Shown here piece by piece: positions 26,278 to 39,103 of a stretch of DNA of 64,000 bases. The position numbers and the translations under genes are program-made. The stretch comes from Nageia nagi (taxonomy: Eukaryota > Plantae > Pinophyta), in the NCBI GenBank assembly GCA_050084985.1, contig JBITNC010000001.1, positions 139,810,001 to 139,874,000 of the forward strand. The letters are read 5' to 3'. The notes below the pieces were generated by a model. The model had not been told where the DNA came from. It made no database searches and saw nothing but the letters and a program-made list of their open reading frames with translations. Numbering within the stretch: the first letter of the stretch is position 1; every line of letters starts with the position of its first letter.

Positions 26278-28490
26278 TTAAAATATCTTATATTTTAAGA
26301 TAGGTAAAAAAAATTCTTTTTTGGTATAAGCAATAAAGGAACCACATATATTTTCTTGTAATATTTCATAATCATCACATATTATACATAACTTGAAATC
26401 CACTTTATGGATAACCCTCATACTAACTTTACAATAATTTGGACCCAAAGGTACATGATGCACCTTGTCCTCAAGGTTATCATTGAACCATATGGCATTA
26501 GGCATTACATGATTATACATTGTCAATAAGCAGGATTTTATATCACATTTAAATTTTAGTTTCATTTACAATCCCTACATTAAAAACTAATAACCCATAT
26601 AAATACACTGCATAACAACTATGTCCACAATTTTAAACTTGAGATAATAGTGATCGTACCATATCTGGTAAGCTTTATTTAGCACCTATAGAGCTATTGT
26701 TTGTGCTTTGATCTACTTGGGTATTCTATTTTACATTAGCCTATGGAATTATATACAAGGAATCATTACAATTTATAGCTACAACATATAAGTATTTTAA
26801 ATATAAAATCATGAAAAAAATGACACACTTCTACTTGTGAAACTTGAAGTGTCATATTGTGCATCTTTTTCTCATACTCTTCCCGAATAGTTACAATCTT
26901 TGGCTCCATCTCCACTTCAAACAATTTATTTATTTTTTCTAATTCATTATGCATGTGGTAAATTTCTACCTTACAACCATTGGTAGAAATCATAATAGTT
27001 GGTGATACACCTTTTCCAATGCCCTGAGTCCTAAAACATGGGTAAGGGTATCATCCATAATATATTGATTTATAGAGATCAATCCAACAAATGATATTGC
27101 ATCATTATAATAATATCATATGCATAGTTAAGTGAGAACATGTTAGAAAAAAATTGATAAAATAAATATTTGAAGTTACTATTTCCAAGGGAATTATAAT
27201 TTTTGAAGTAACTTCTGGTGATACATAAGAGTCGTCCTTTTTCTTATGAGTTGATAACCACATAGATACCCTTGGTAGTGGAAGATATTTATTTGGTTGG
27301 CTTTGCCTCTACAAGATATATAGTTAGAGATATATGAGGATAAAATAATATAACATAATAGATGATTATGATAGAATACCATTTCATATTCCAATTGAGC
27401 ATATGTTTTCTAATAGATAGTGTGCATGATATATTGTTGAAATCTATTTTTTTATTTCTTTTCCTATTCATTTGTAATGCAACAAAGGAAACAAAATAGT
27501 AATTTATTAGGGAGAGGAAAGTGACCCATAAAAATCACATGAAAATAACAATGATGTGAACTACCATTACATGATGGCTAGTACTTACCTCAAAGTCATT
27601 ATTTCTCCTACTTTTTACAAAGGCTTCCTAATATTGTACTAGTGGATACGTTATAGGGTTAGCAATTTTATCTTTATCATTATCATACTTATTATAATGC
27701 AATTTCATGAATTGATATTTATTATCATGGAATAATTTGCCAATGATCATCATCATCCATTTCATTATGTTGTTTGAAATATCACACTTTTGCTACATCA
27801 AAACAATATCTTATTAGACTACAACATTTATATAAGAATTCAAAAATGGACTATATAAAATCTATTGGATGCTAAGTTACCTAAACCATTTCCCAACACT
27901 TATTTTTAACATTTTGGGACTTTTTTTGAGTCTCTATAGGTGATAGAGATAAGCTCCTTCATTATTAGCCCTAAAAAAGATAAAAAGTGTTTGGCATTAT
28001 TCCTAATGGGCTAACCAAATAGATTTTTCTTGATCTATATCTTACCTATGTTGCTCCCCTTAACTGTCAATATTGTGGGACCTCTCATTTTATGATGTGA
28101 TGGTGTGGAATCAACGTGTATATCAGTATTTTCATCCTCATTTTCCAAAGCATTATCACCCTCATTCTTTAAAGAATTATCATCCTCATTGCCCAAAACA
28201 TTCTCACCCTCATTACCCAAAGCATTTTCACCCTCATTTCCCACAACATCATCAAACTGATAGCCAAAATCATCATCAAATTCATTACTAAAAGAATTTT
28301 CATTTACAAAATTCTCCCCATTTGATTCAATGATGTTATGACCAACATGTTTATAAGATTCATCAACCTTGTAACTTTGTCATGTTGTAATGATTAAAGT
28401 ACTTGGATTTTTTTTGATACATCCTTCGATATCAATTGTATTTTTTAATTTTAAGTTTTTTGGGTACCTCCAATTATGGTTATTTCCAAC
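26278..28490 (-). pseudogene. CACTA ORF2/TnpA-like (Ptta / Tnp1-En/Spm type) multi-exon relic
   Basis: Motifs: RGPT; G*PI..A..F.SFLG....I.Y.D.KKVP; KW.M..IGK.F...K.....HY..YD.D...IANP; DDTL..VLG; KVHHVPLGPNYCKVS....D..L. GT-AG introns are present, e.g. minus-strand 27880..27793 and a donor GTAAGT near 27587. Confidence 0.75.
28130..28260 (-). repeat. 24-bp (8-codon) tandem repeat, (G)NEGENAL, in the TnpA-like N-terminus
   Basis: ORF 28035-28244 reads GNEGENALGNEGENVLGNEDDNSLKNEGDNALENEDEN. Confidence 0.8.
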
Positions 28491-28549
28491 TACAAGCACA
28501 TACAAACATTGAGTAATATGTTTTTGAATAGAATCATTATGAATGCCTT

Positions 28550-30155
28550 GATAATTATATAATAAGATGCATGCAACGATAGTTTCATGGAATGCAATGT
28601 TTGTAGGATATGCACAAAATTGGTTTTCTCAAAAGGCTCTATATAATTTAAAGTAGATGTAATGTCATACGTAAATACAAACTATGTAACCTTTTCCAGT
28701 ATTCTTCCATCATGTTCCATCATGGAAACTCTAAAAGAAGGTATGGAAATTTGTTAAAGAGTAGTTAAAAATGGTTTTTACATCGAATATTGTGGTTGTG
28801 AAATCCTTGATAGGGAGGTATGAAAAATGTGGAAGAATAGACAAGGCTTGAGAATTATTTAACAAGATGTAGAGATAGGTTTATAGAATGCAATGGTAAT
28901 AGGATATGCATAAAATTGGTTTTCTGAAAAGGCTCTAGATACTTTTAAGTAGATGCAATTGTTAGATGCAAAGCCAAACTTTGTAACCTTTTCCACTATT
29001 CTTTCAACATGTGCTACCATGAGAGATCTAGAATAAGGTATGGATATTCATCAAAGAGTAGTTGAAAATGGACTTGCATCAAATGTTATGGTTCTAAAAT
29101 CCTTGATATGTATGTATGTAACATGTGGAAGAATGCACAAGATATAAAAATTATTTAACAATATGTAGAGATAATTTCATGGAATGTAATGATAATAGGA
29201 TATGCATAAAATTGGTTTCCTAATAAGGCTCTAGAGATTTTAAAAAAAATGCAATTATTATATGTTAATCCAAATTCTGTAACTTTTTCTAGCATTCTTC
29301 TAACATGTGACACCATGGGAACTCTAGAAGGTTTGGACATCCATAAAAGAGTAGTTAAAAATGGTTTTTCATTGAATCATATGATTGTGAAAGCCTTGAT
29401 AGGAATGTATGCAAAATGTGGAAGAATACACAAGGCCCAAGAATTATTTAACAAGATGCATAATTGAGATATAGCTTCATGGAATGCAATGAATTAGGTG
29501 AATGTATGTGTGTACTTAGTTTTTTTAAATTCAAGACTTCCCAATTCTAAATCATTAATCAAAGATATATTATTTCTAGTAGACATTCTAAATAGACCAA
29601 AATGCTTCTTCTTCTATGCATATTCATAATTTCAATTAATCTCTTTCTAGAAGGGATTTAATCTATCTAGATATGTACTAGAAAACTAATGCTATGTACT
29701 ATCTCACCTTGTATCCTCTCATCTTGCCTATGCAAAATGTATATTCTCTCCTCTATCTCCTTCTCCCAAAAAATTATGGAATAATACATAAGGATCAAGA
29801 ATTATTTAACAAGATGAATGATGCATAAATGGTTTTATGGAATGTAATGATCCTAAGGATATGCACAAACTGAGCTTTCTAAAAAGGATCTAGAGAATTT
29901 TAAGCATATGCAATTATTATATGTAAAATAAAAATTTGTAACCTTTGCCAACATTATTCCAGTATGTGACACCATAGGAGCTTTAGAAGAAGGTATGGAC
30001 ATCCATCAAAGAGTAGTTGAAAATGGTTGTACATAGAATGTTGTGGTTGTGAAAGCCCTAATAGGCATGTATAAAAAATGTATAAGAATCCACAAAGCTT
30101 GATAATTATTTAATAAAATGCATGATACAAACATAGTTTCATGGAATGCAATGAA
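28550..30155 (+). pseudogene. Tandem array of ~300-bp PLS-PPR triplet fragments
   Basis: Units start near 28550, 28850, 29150, 29440 (partial), 29797 and 30100 (partial). Each reads approximately ELFNKM..IVSWNAMI.GYA.N.FS.KAL..FK.MQL..V.PN.VTF.SIL..C..MG.LE.GMDIHQRVVENG......KALI.MY.KCGRI.KA. Confidence 0.88.
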
Positions 30156-30164
30156 ATGGATGTG

Positions 30165-30762
30165 TAGATGTGTGTACTTGGTGCTTGTAAATCAAATGTT
30201 ATGGTTTGTGCATGTTATCTTAAGGGAGATTTTAACTTCATTATTTAAATACCCATAAACCATGAATTGGGTATGTGTATGTGTGTAATTAGTACTTGTA
30301 AATTGAATGTTATGGTTCATGTAGGCTATCTTGAGGAATCTTTGGACTTCACTACCAAAATACCCATAAACCCTAAATTTGGTGTCTAGAAGTGTTTGCT
30401 TGGTACTTGTAAATAAAATTTTATGGTTCATGCAAGATATATTGAGGAATATTTGAACTTCCCTACCAAAATACCCATAAACCTTGAATTGGGTATGTGG
30501 AAGTCTCTACTTGGTGCTCGTAAATCAAATGTTATGGTTCATATAGTCTATCTTGAGGAAGCTTTGAACATCACTACCAAAATACCCTTAAATATTGAAT
30601 TGGGTATGTGGAAGTATGTAATTTATTCTTGTAAATTGAATGTTGTGGTTCGTGCAAGCTATCTTGAGAAAGCTTTGAACTACACTACCAAAATACCTAT
30701 AAACTTTGAATTGGGTTTCTAGATGTGACTACATGGTGCTTGTAAATAGAGTGTTATGGTTG
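30165..30762 (+). repeat. 111-bp (37-codon) tandem array derived from the PPR S2/E1 junction
   Basis: An anchor resembling GTGCTTGTAAAT falls at 30181, 30292, 30403, 30514, 30625 and 30736, an exact 111-bp period. ORF 30423-30722 repeats YLEEALN..TKIP.N.ELGMWK..LGA.KSNV. Confidence 0.9.
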
Positions 30763-32886
30763 TGAGGTTACTAATACACAAGTCTCAATATTTTTTTAAT
30801 AATATGCATAATACAAACATAATTTCTTAGTATACAATGATTGCACAATACAACAAAATAGGTTTTCTAAAAATTAAAGGCCCATAGACACATGAAAAAT
30901 GTGGAACAATAACAAAAAACCTAATATTTGTTTGACAAGAAGCATGATACAAATAAATTTTAAGTGTAAAAAATGTTTGTGATACAAAAAATGGACTTTT
31001 TGAAAACTAGATGCCCAAATACATATTAAACATGTGGAGGATTAACACAAGACTTGACATGTTTTTTACAAGATGCATGAAAAAAATACAATTTCATGGT
31101 CTATGATAATTTTAGGATTCATATATTTTCTAAAAGAAAGTAGAAAAATACAAATAATGGATATTTAAAATAACACAAGCTCATGGATAAAGAATATAAT
31201 GCCATAGACTAAAAATACCTAATACTATCTTATCTTCCAATATCCCCCTCATCTCCTCTTGTCTCTCTTTGGTCTTCCTCTTCTCCTCTCACAATACAAA
31301 ATGTCCCTCTCTTCTTCCAAACTCCTAATTTAAAAAAATTGAAATTATAAGAAATATTATCCAACCCCCTCAACTCAAAAACATAGAAATGAAGAGAAAC
31401 ATTATCTAACCTCCTTGGGTCTAAAACTTTGAAATGATGAGAACTTTACAAGTGTCCCTATGTGCATCATTTTTTTTAATTTTTTGTTTCCACCAAGTGG
31501 AGAGTTTTTATCACCTCATTAAATTTTTGAAGGTAGTTATAAATTTCCCCTTAAAAATAGTCACTTAAAATAAAAATTAGGGTGGTTAAAAATTGTCACT
31601 CATAAATAGCTCAAATTACCCATCTCTGATGTGCTTTTTTGATCTAATGATAATATTATAATTTAAAATCAATTTCCATATTTTGGAGTTTCTATGGAGG
31701 ATATATATGTATATCCTCATGAAAACTAACCTATTGATAATGAGGTTTTCATTGAGGATTCAATGGATCTAGATTCTTGAATTTTAGTGGAGCATGTTGT
31801 AGAGTGTGAGGCCATTCCTCTCACTTGTATCAATATGGATGATGTTATGGAACCCAAGGAAATTATGAAAAATTATAAAATGTGTGTAGTTTAATGGTTG
31901 AATTAAAGGTAAAATGTAATTATTTCCATGAATCCTATTAGTAATTATAACTTTATCAATGCATATTTAGCTAAGGGGTTGAAGGTTTAACAATAGAAAA
32001 ATAAAGATGTAGAACTTGAAGAAGATAATATATATATTTTTATAGAATTAAGGCTTGCCATGGATCAATATTTTTTTTCATTCTAATTTTTATACTATGG
32101 AAATGCATGGGGTAGATATTGTTCTTAGTTATCCTTGATTGAGATCTTTAGGTACTATTAATATTCATATTGAAAAGAAGTTCATGAAACTTTTGTATAG
32201 GAAAAAGAAAAAGAAAATACAAGATACTTCTCATTGTTAAATGAAAAAATCTCAAGAATAACAATAAGTCATGAAAAAGAAACATGTTGGAGAAAAGAAA
32301 AAAAAATTGAAATAGAATTAAAAAAGAAAGAACAAGAAGATATGGTAGCAAAACAGGTTGAAGAACAAGAATATAAAATAGAGTTAAATAATAAAGAAAA
32401 TGATGAACAAAAATATATGGTAGCAAAATAGGTTGATGAATACAAAAAAGAATCTAAAATAAAGTCAATGAATAAAGCAAAGAACGAAAAAAATATTATA
32501 AAGAAATAGGTTATGGAACAATAAAAATAACCATAAATATAATTAAAAAGGAAGATAAATAAGAATAAACATATGGAAGCATAGGAAAAATACCAATTTA
32601 ACAAAAGGAGGAACAAAAGGCTAAAATTGGATTTTATATTCATCCAAGTCTTCTTGAGAGGAAATAATCATCTGAATAGATATAAAGAAAAAGAAACTAT
32701 GATAGAGATCTACATCGAGATAAAGAAGAAAAATATATGGGCATCATTAACTACCAAAAATTAAGATTTAAGTTGTATGGATGGATTATGAAGATAAAGT
32801 TTACAAATTCTATCTAGGATGCTAAATTTCAAATCTTGTTATGGATAACATCCACCTACAGTGCATGTACCATTTGTCCACATACA

Positions 32887-33279
32887 TGTTGTGGATAACA
32901 TTCACACAAAGAGAACTCAAGCCTATATAGTGATTTCTCCAACATGGGAGTACATGCACTTGGACCATATTTTATATAATTACTTCTCATAATACAACTC
33001 TCTTACAAATTCTCAAGAATTATTCTATAATAATTTTCCTACAAAACTCCTACAAGCTCATTCTTACAACTATATAAGACTAGAATTTTCATGCTTCTAT
33101 AAGTGTATCTTATGAAGGGGGAAGCCCTCTATTTATAGTATAAAGTCCTCTATTTAACCAACCTTTTACCCAAGGGTTAAGTTAAGCTCACATAATATTT
33201 AATTCACTTAATATGTAAAGGTACCTAGTGATACTTTAAGTATTAAGTGGGTTACATAAAGGATAGGTATTACACAATA
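32887..33279 (-). mobile_element. Solo LTR
   Basis: Termini are TGTTGTG...CACAATA, with flanks ATACA/ATGCA (4/5 TSD). CTATTTATAG at ~33129 reads as a TATA box on the minus strand. Confidence 0.7.
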
Positions 33280-33625
33280 ATGCATTATAAATTATAGTAA
33301 AATCAACATATGGAAGCATGATATGACAAATATGAATTTAACAAAAGGAGGAAAAAAGGATAAAATTGGATTTTATAGTCACCCACACCTTCATAAGAGG
33401 AAACAATCATATGAATATATAAAAAGAAATAAGGAAAATATAGTGGATCTACATCGAGCAAAAGAAGAAAAATATATGGATATCATCATCTACCAAAAAT
33501 TAGGATTTAACTTGGATGGATGGATTATGAAGAGTGCACTAATTTTATATAACCCTTATAGAAGATCATATTATCTAGTCTCTTCTCATGTTTAAAGGAT
33601 GAAACATATTTTAAGAGGGGGAGAA

Positions 33626-34075
33626 TGTTAGGTACTCGGATATGGATATTCTAAGTATTAAATTATATGGTCCATATTGGGATATAGAATAATATCCTTC
33701 CCATTGACCATATAATATATCATGCACAATCATTTATGCTTTCTACTTTATTTTTTCCATCTTGAGATATATATCACTCAAATGATTATAAATAAGTGTA
33801 GGCTTATGATTATTAGCAAGCAAGAAGATCATTAGTAATATTTAGATTCATGGAGTAATCGTATGGAGTGAATTCTTTCTAAAAGTAGTATATTATGATG
33901 ATCATGTCTTAACTTAAGGGTTCAACTCTTATTCTTTGTAATGCTTAGTTCATATATTGTGAGTTATTCTTCAATTGAAGTTATGTGATGACATTTCACT
34001 TTTATTTATCTTCAATTATATTCTTTAGAGATAATTGTAATATTATTATGTTATTATATTTTTGATATCTTAACA
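33626..34075 (+). repeat. 3' LTR of the non-autonomous element
   Basis: TGTTA...TAACA termini, preceded by the PPT and followed by the TSD. Confidence 0.9.
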
Positions 34076-37000
34076 AAATAATATCAAGGTGAAAAATGTT
34101 ATATTTTTTTAAAATGTTGTGATATTTTGAAATGAAACTTCAAGGGTGTTCTAATAGGTGAAAACTTGCCCAAATGTTTTAAGCAAAAAATTAATTATAT
34201 TGTTACTTTAAGGATGTTATGATGATAGTAAGAAGATAATTTGAAAAAAGGGTACTAAAAATATTGTAACATTTTTTAAAAACATGCAATAGTTAATTAT
34301 TTGCTAAAATTGTATTAGTTATCCTCTTTTGGGGTATGTGTTATAAATCTTAAAGAGTAAATACATAACTAAAAAGGAAATGTTAGATAAGAAAATAAAT
34401 AATGCAATAAATTGAAATATAAGAGATAAAATTCAATCATAATACCTTTTGATATCAATAATGTTCAATAGCTTTGGGAGGGCCTTAGATTCTAAGGTTT
34501 CTTATCCATATACCTTCAACCATTTTTTCTATAATGATATATGGATTAAGTCAATATTCTTTAAAATTACCTTTTTATATCTTGTCCATGTTAGGAATCT
34601 TATAATTTTTCAAGAGTATCATGTTTGAAATTTTCTTTACTAGAATGTTTTATTATATATTTTATGTAGTATGCTTCATTGTGTTCTTAAATTTTCAATG
34701 GAATGGACTTATTCTCATAAAGCTTTTATAACTGCTAAAACATATATTTTCAAATATCTTTTTCTATCATAATACATCTTAATAAAATTCATAAGGAATA
34801 ATTTTATAATTCCAAAATCATCATTTCTTCCTTAGCATTAACTAAGAGATAAGATGTTTCCATTGTTAAAAATTTATTTCCTTTTTGTGTAACCTTATAG
34901 TATGTTGTATAAAAACATATGCTAATCATTTGTATGCTTATTGATAGTAGATAGTAATATCTTGATCAACATCTTATTTGTTTCTTTCACTTGTATATTA
35001 CCTTATATATATTATGGAGACATTTTATGTTGAGTATGTTATTTCTCATAAAAACTGAATATATTTATTCTTCAATGTTGCTCCATTATTTCATATAATA
35101 GTAGAAGATAGTCCAAATATCATAATAGGATATCATATAAAGTTAATATTTTTATATGCTTTGATTGAAATAAGTGGTTTTAGTTTAACCCACTTGGTGA
35201 AATATTCTATAGCCTTAATAATAAATTTAAATCCTTGTTAGGTGCTAAATAATTTATTAGGCTTTGTTACTTCTAAATACTAGAATAGATTAATAGATAG
35301 TATTGATGAATACTATTTATGTTGATTAGTACTTATCCATTTGTTATCTCTTATTGACTACAATTAATTACCATAATTTATTATTACTTTTGATAGATTA
35401 CACTATATAATTAAATTAAATTAAATCTAATAATGATTCATTTGATTGGATGAATATTTGTATTTGTTAACACCTAAAAGGTAATTTTAATTTAATTAAA
35501 ATACCCTTTTACATATTCCAAGTAATTTATTTATTTTATTAAATAAATTTTCTTATCATTATGTAGTCTTACCTACCTTTATATTTTATGATAACAAGTC
35601 AGATGCACATCATAATAAGTAATTATGATGTGATCATGATTCCTTGATAAGTGGCAATATACTTGTGTCATTCTTGATTAATATTTCTTAACGTCACCTA
35701 TCATATCCATTTACACATGATACTTCAAGAATCAAAGGTGATACAACAACATCAAATGAATGGAAAGGAAATCTAGAATGGTAACTAGGTGAGGTTGATA
35801 GGATTTGTGGCTCTCTTCTTCGAGAAAGCTCATTGTTCATCCTCTTTTGATCAAATATCACTTTTATCCATCATGAGAGGTAAAGTATAGGTTTGTTTCT
35901 TCTGTAAATCCAATTTGATAAGTCAAGGTCGATTAGGTTATTTTCATCTTTCATGTCATCATTTATTATTATTTCATAGTTAATTGGTTAAATTGAATAT
36001 GCTATAAATAACCCTAAATATTATAATTGTTAAAACAATATCCTTTATTTTATTTTTATATCCTTTGTGTCATTTGATTGTGCCCATTTATCATACCTTT
36101 TGGTGAATCACCATTATTTAGCTAATGTAACTATTTAGTAGCTCATTAAGGATTTATATCATATTAACATTCTTCCCAACTTTATTTAGAGGTTAATCCT
36201 TGATATTTTATGTTTAATTTATTATTAACCTTCATTATTTTAACTATTGGTCATACAAAAAGTATTTAAAATAAATGAACACTTCATTATATTGATTATC
36301 ATAATTTATTTTATGTAATCAAATTCCATTTAAAATATGAAATTCACATATGTAATACACTTAAACTTCTTTCCGCCTAACTGGCATAAGGTGGATAAGA
36401 TGAAAAATATATGGATATTGATGGAATTTCTACTACTAGAGATAGGAATGGAGGAAGCTTTCTAGGACTGATTGTTTTCTTGTAGTTAATGACTATGCAA
36501 TATTGTATAAAAATGTAGAAGTTACACATCAATTAAAAGGATTATAGCTAAATAATGATAATATTAAGTTATAATTGATGAATTTGTAAATATATTTCAA
36601 AAAATCAATATTATCAAAATATGTTCCATTTTTGAATCTGCATATATAAACTCAATTGATTTCTTCTATTTAATTTTTGATTTTTAGCAATTAAAATAAG
36701 TTTTTATTAATTCAATAAATATTTACAAGTTAATTATTTTTTAGCAAAAGAACCATGATTCTATGTATGACTAAGGTATTATGAGGAAAAATGTTTCATA
36801 AAAGATCTTAATAAAAAATAATAAACCACATGAGTGAATTCCAATAGAGACAAAATGGTTATTAGGAAGAAAGCAAAGAACATTTTGCTAGACAACAATT
36901 ACCATATGCTAATTATCAATTATAAAACATCATTGGTAATACAATTCATTATGAATCATGAGACAAAGGTGATAATAATCCATTGGCGAACTAGAAGATA

Positions 37001-37299
37001 ATTTGAGATATAAAAAAAGTTCTTGAAATATCCATAACCCTTAGAGAATCCATACGAGTATAGTCCCATAGGAAACATTTATATTTATGAGAAACCAATC
37101 ATATGATATTTATTCTTTTATTAGTGTAATTTATAAATAAAGATAATTGGTAGAAATATCTTTGATCTTAGGAATAAATTAGTGCACTTGATCCTATGAA
37201 TGAATATACTTGGGCTCCTCATATAAGAGTAATGCTAGTGGCTTGTGAGCTTCTAAAATTTTGAGTAACTATATTTCATATTAATACCAAATGATATTT

Positions 37300-39103
37300 T
37301 TATCTAAGGCCTTACTCATAAATATCCTATGATTTTGCTAAAGAAAAATAGATCATACCATCATGGTTTGTGCATAAAATGAGATAATTTTTGAGATGAG
37401 AAATTTGTTAGGAGGTAATTAAATAAAGACCAATTCCCCAAGTAAGTTGGTATTAGCCCATGATATATAAAAATAGGATAGAATCCAACCCTAAAGATAG
37501 TAATAATAAGGTAAATATAGATTAAGTGAGCTCCTATGTATTTTAGTTATCTTGCGTAAAACATAATGTAAAGGCCCATATAATCTTTGTTTAATGAGTT
37601 TATCACTTGATAAAGAACTTTTTATGAATAATTAGCCAAAGGAAAAAGTTAGGTTTAGTCCAAGCCTTAGTGTACCACACATTATTCTAGATAGCAAGGG
37701 GATTATAGGTCATGTACCAACTTATTGAGGGAATTATAGATAAATATTTATGTATATTAACCATTTGGTTTGTATGCCTAAATAATTTGATTATCTACAT
37801 ATATATTTTAAATGATGTTAGAATATATTCCATCTCTCAAATTCTTGGGCATATTCTAGTGGGTAAGATGATATATATCTCCATTTCTTTACCTATCTAC
37901 TTGTATTAGATACATACAACCAATAATTTCCCACATTGATCCTCCATTTTACATGAATATTTATTGAAATATGGGAAAGGAATCCGTAGTTAAAAGGGGT
38001 TGAGGAGTGATCTATTTCTCATTCTAAAAGTTCATCTTCAAACCACTCTCTACTTACCATTTTTAAAGAAATGTATAATTGGATTCTTTTTCTTCTAAAT
38101 TATATTCCATATTTGGAAACCTATTAGTGTGACTTCCTATTGTGATAAAGATTAAAACTCCTTTTAATAATACCTTCAAAATTATATCACTAAGTGCTAA
38201 CCCTCCTTCATATCAACAAGTATATGATATTATACGGCTATAACCTCCATTTTAGGTAGTCTAAATCATCCTACAATGAAACTAGATGCATTGATATATC
38301 AAATCACTTGGGATTGTAATCTATTTTTTACCTCCACTAATGATTGTGTGTTAAAATTTGAGATCACTAGTTTATTCAACTTTAAGAAAGGAAATATAAG
38401 TTGTTTGAGAGACCTAACTACCTTCCTAATAAGTCTATACTAGAATATGGACTGGTGCCTTATTCATTGAGTAACATAGTCTTATAAACATGGAAAAAGG
38501 GTGAATAAATAAGAAATTTAAACCACATTTAATTACTTAACAACTAAATAATGTGAAATTAAGTATTAAACATTGTAAGAGGAATCATCCATTCATTATT
38601 TGATACTTATAATAACAAATGAGGCCCATACAACACTATATCACTTATACTAAGGAAAACATAACAAAGGAAGTGATGTTGAAATATCATAACCAATATT
38701 TTTACATCATTTTATTAAACAAAAATATTGGTATAATGTATAATGTATCTTCAATTATAACCTTAGAGAAATTTCCTAAATAATATGATAACCTCTATTA
38801 AAAATACCTCTTCCTAACCTATAGTACTTGAGAGTTGGGTGTAATAGGGAACATGGTTCTTCTTTGGAAAATCTCCTAAAAAACCAATGATATATGATTT
38901 AGAGATGATGAAAGATACAAAATAAAAGTGAAAAACTCAAAAAATCCCTAAGAAAAGCATCAAAATTTACCTAGGTAGCTCTAAAATTGGGAAAGAGATC
39001 ATGGTTCCTTACTAGCTTCTCCTTCATATAGATGTTATTGAAGCCTTTGTTTCCCAAAAAATATCAAAGTTCCCTTACTCAAAATAAATAATTTTATTCC
39101 TCT
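37300..39103 (-). mobile_element. Highly degenerate LINE ORF2, central and 3' part
   Basis: Minus-strand relics: FW-KQR..EG-like near 39000-39060, a GLRQGDPLSPFLF-like stretch near 38490-38525, and WYTKAWTKPNFFLWL (zf-RVT-like) near 37630-37680. Confidence 0.5.

Larger units (their letters stand above)
23249..31649 (-). mobile_element. CACTA (En/Spm) element carrying captured PPR fragments (Pack-CACTA-like)
   Basis: Left TIR is CACTAGACCAAAAA. The right end TTTTTGATCTAATG is a 12/14 match to its reverse complement. The 3-bp TSD ATA is on both sides. Subterminal GGTGGTT/AACCACC motifs and an internal TnpA-like relic are present. Confidence 0.88.
21903..34075 (+). mobile_element. Non-autonomous gypsy-derived LTR retrotransposon with nested insertions
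   Basis: Paired ~450-bp LTRs start TGTTAGGTACTC. The PBS-Met-like TGGTATTAGAGC is at 22350 and the PPT AAGAGGGGGAGAA at 33613-33625. An identical 5-bp TSD AAATA lies at 21898-21902 and 34076-34080. There is a protease relic near 31930-32220 (GVDIVL.YP*LRSLGTINI). Confidence 0.9.

Noticed and set aside
28073-28291. His/Pro-rich plus-strand ORF
   Set aside because: It is the antisense shadow of the 24-bp repeat in the TnpA-like relic.
29249-29467. Functional PPR gene
   Set aside because: A 72-aa open remnant within a stop-riddled array inside a transposon, with no targeting peptide or intact E/DYW end.
32148-32643. Hydrophobic Phe/Leu-rich minus-strand ORFs resembling membrane proteins
   Set aside because: They are the reverse complement of an A/G-rich low-complexity tract in the LTR element.
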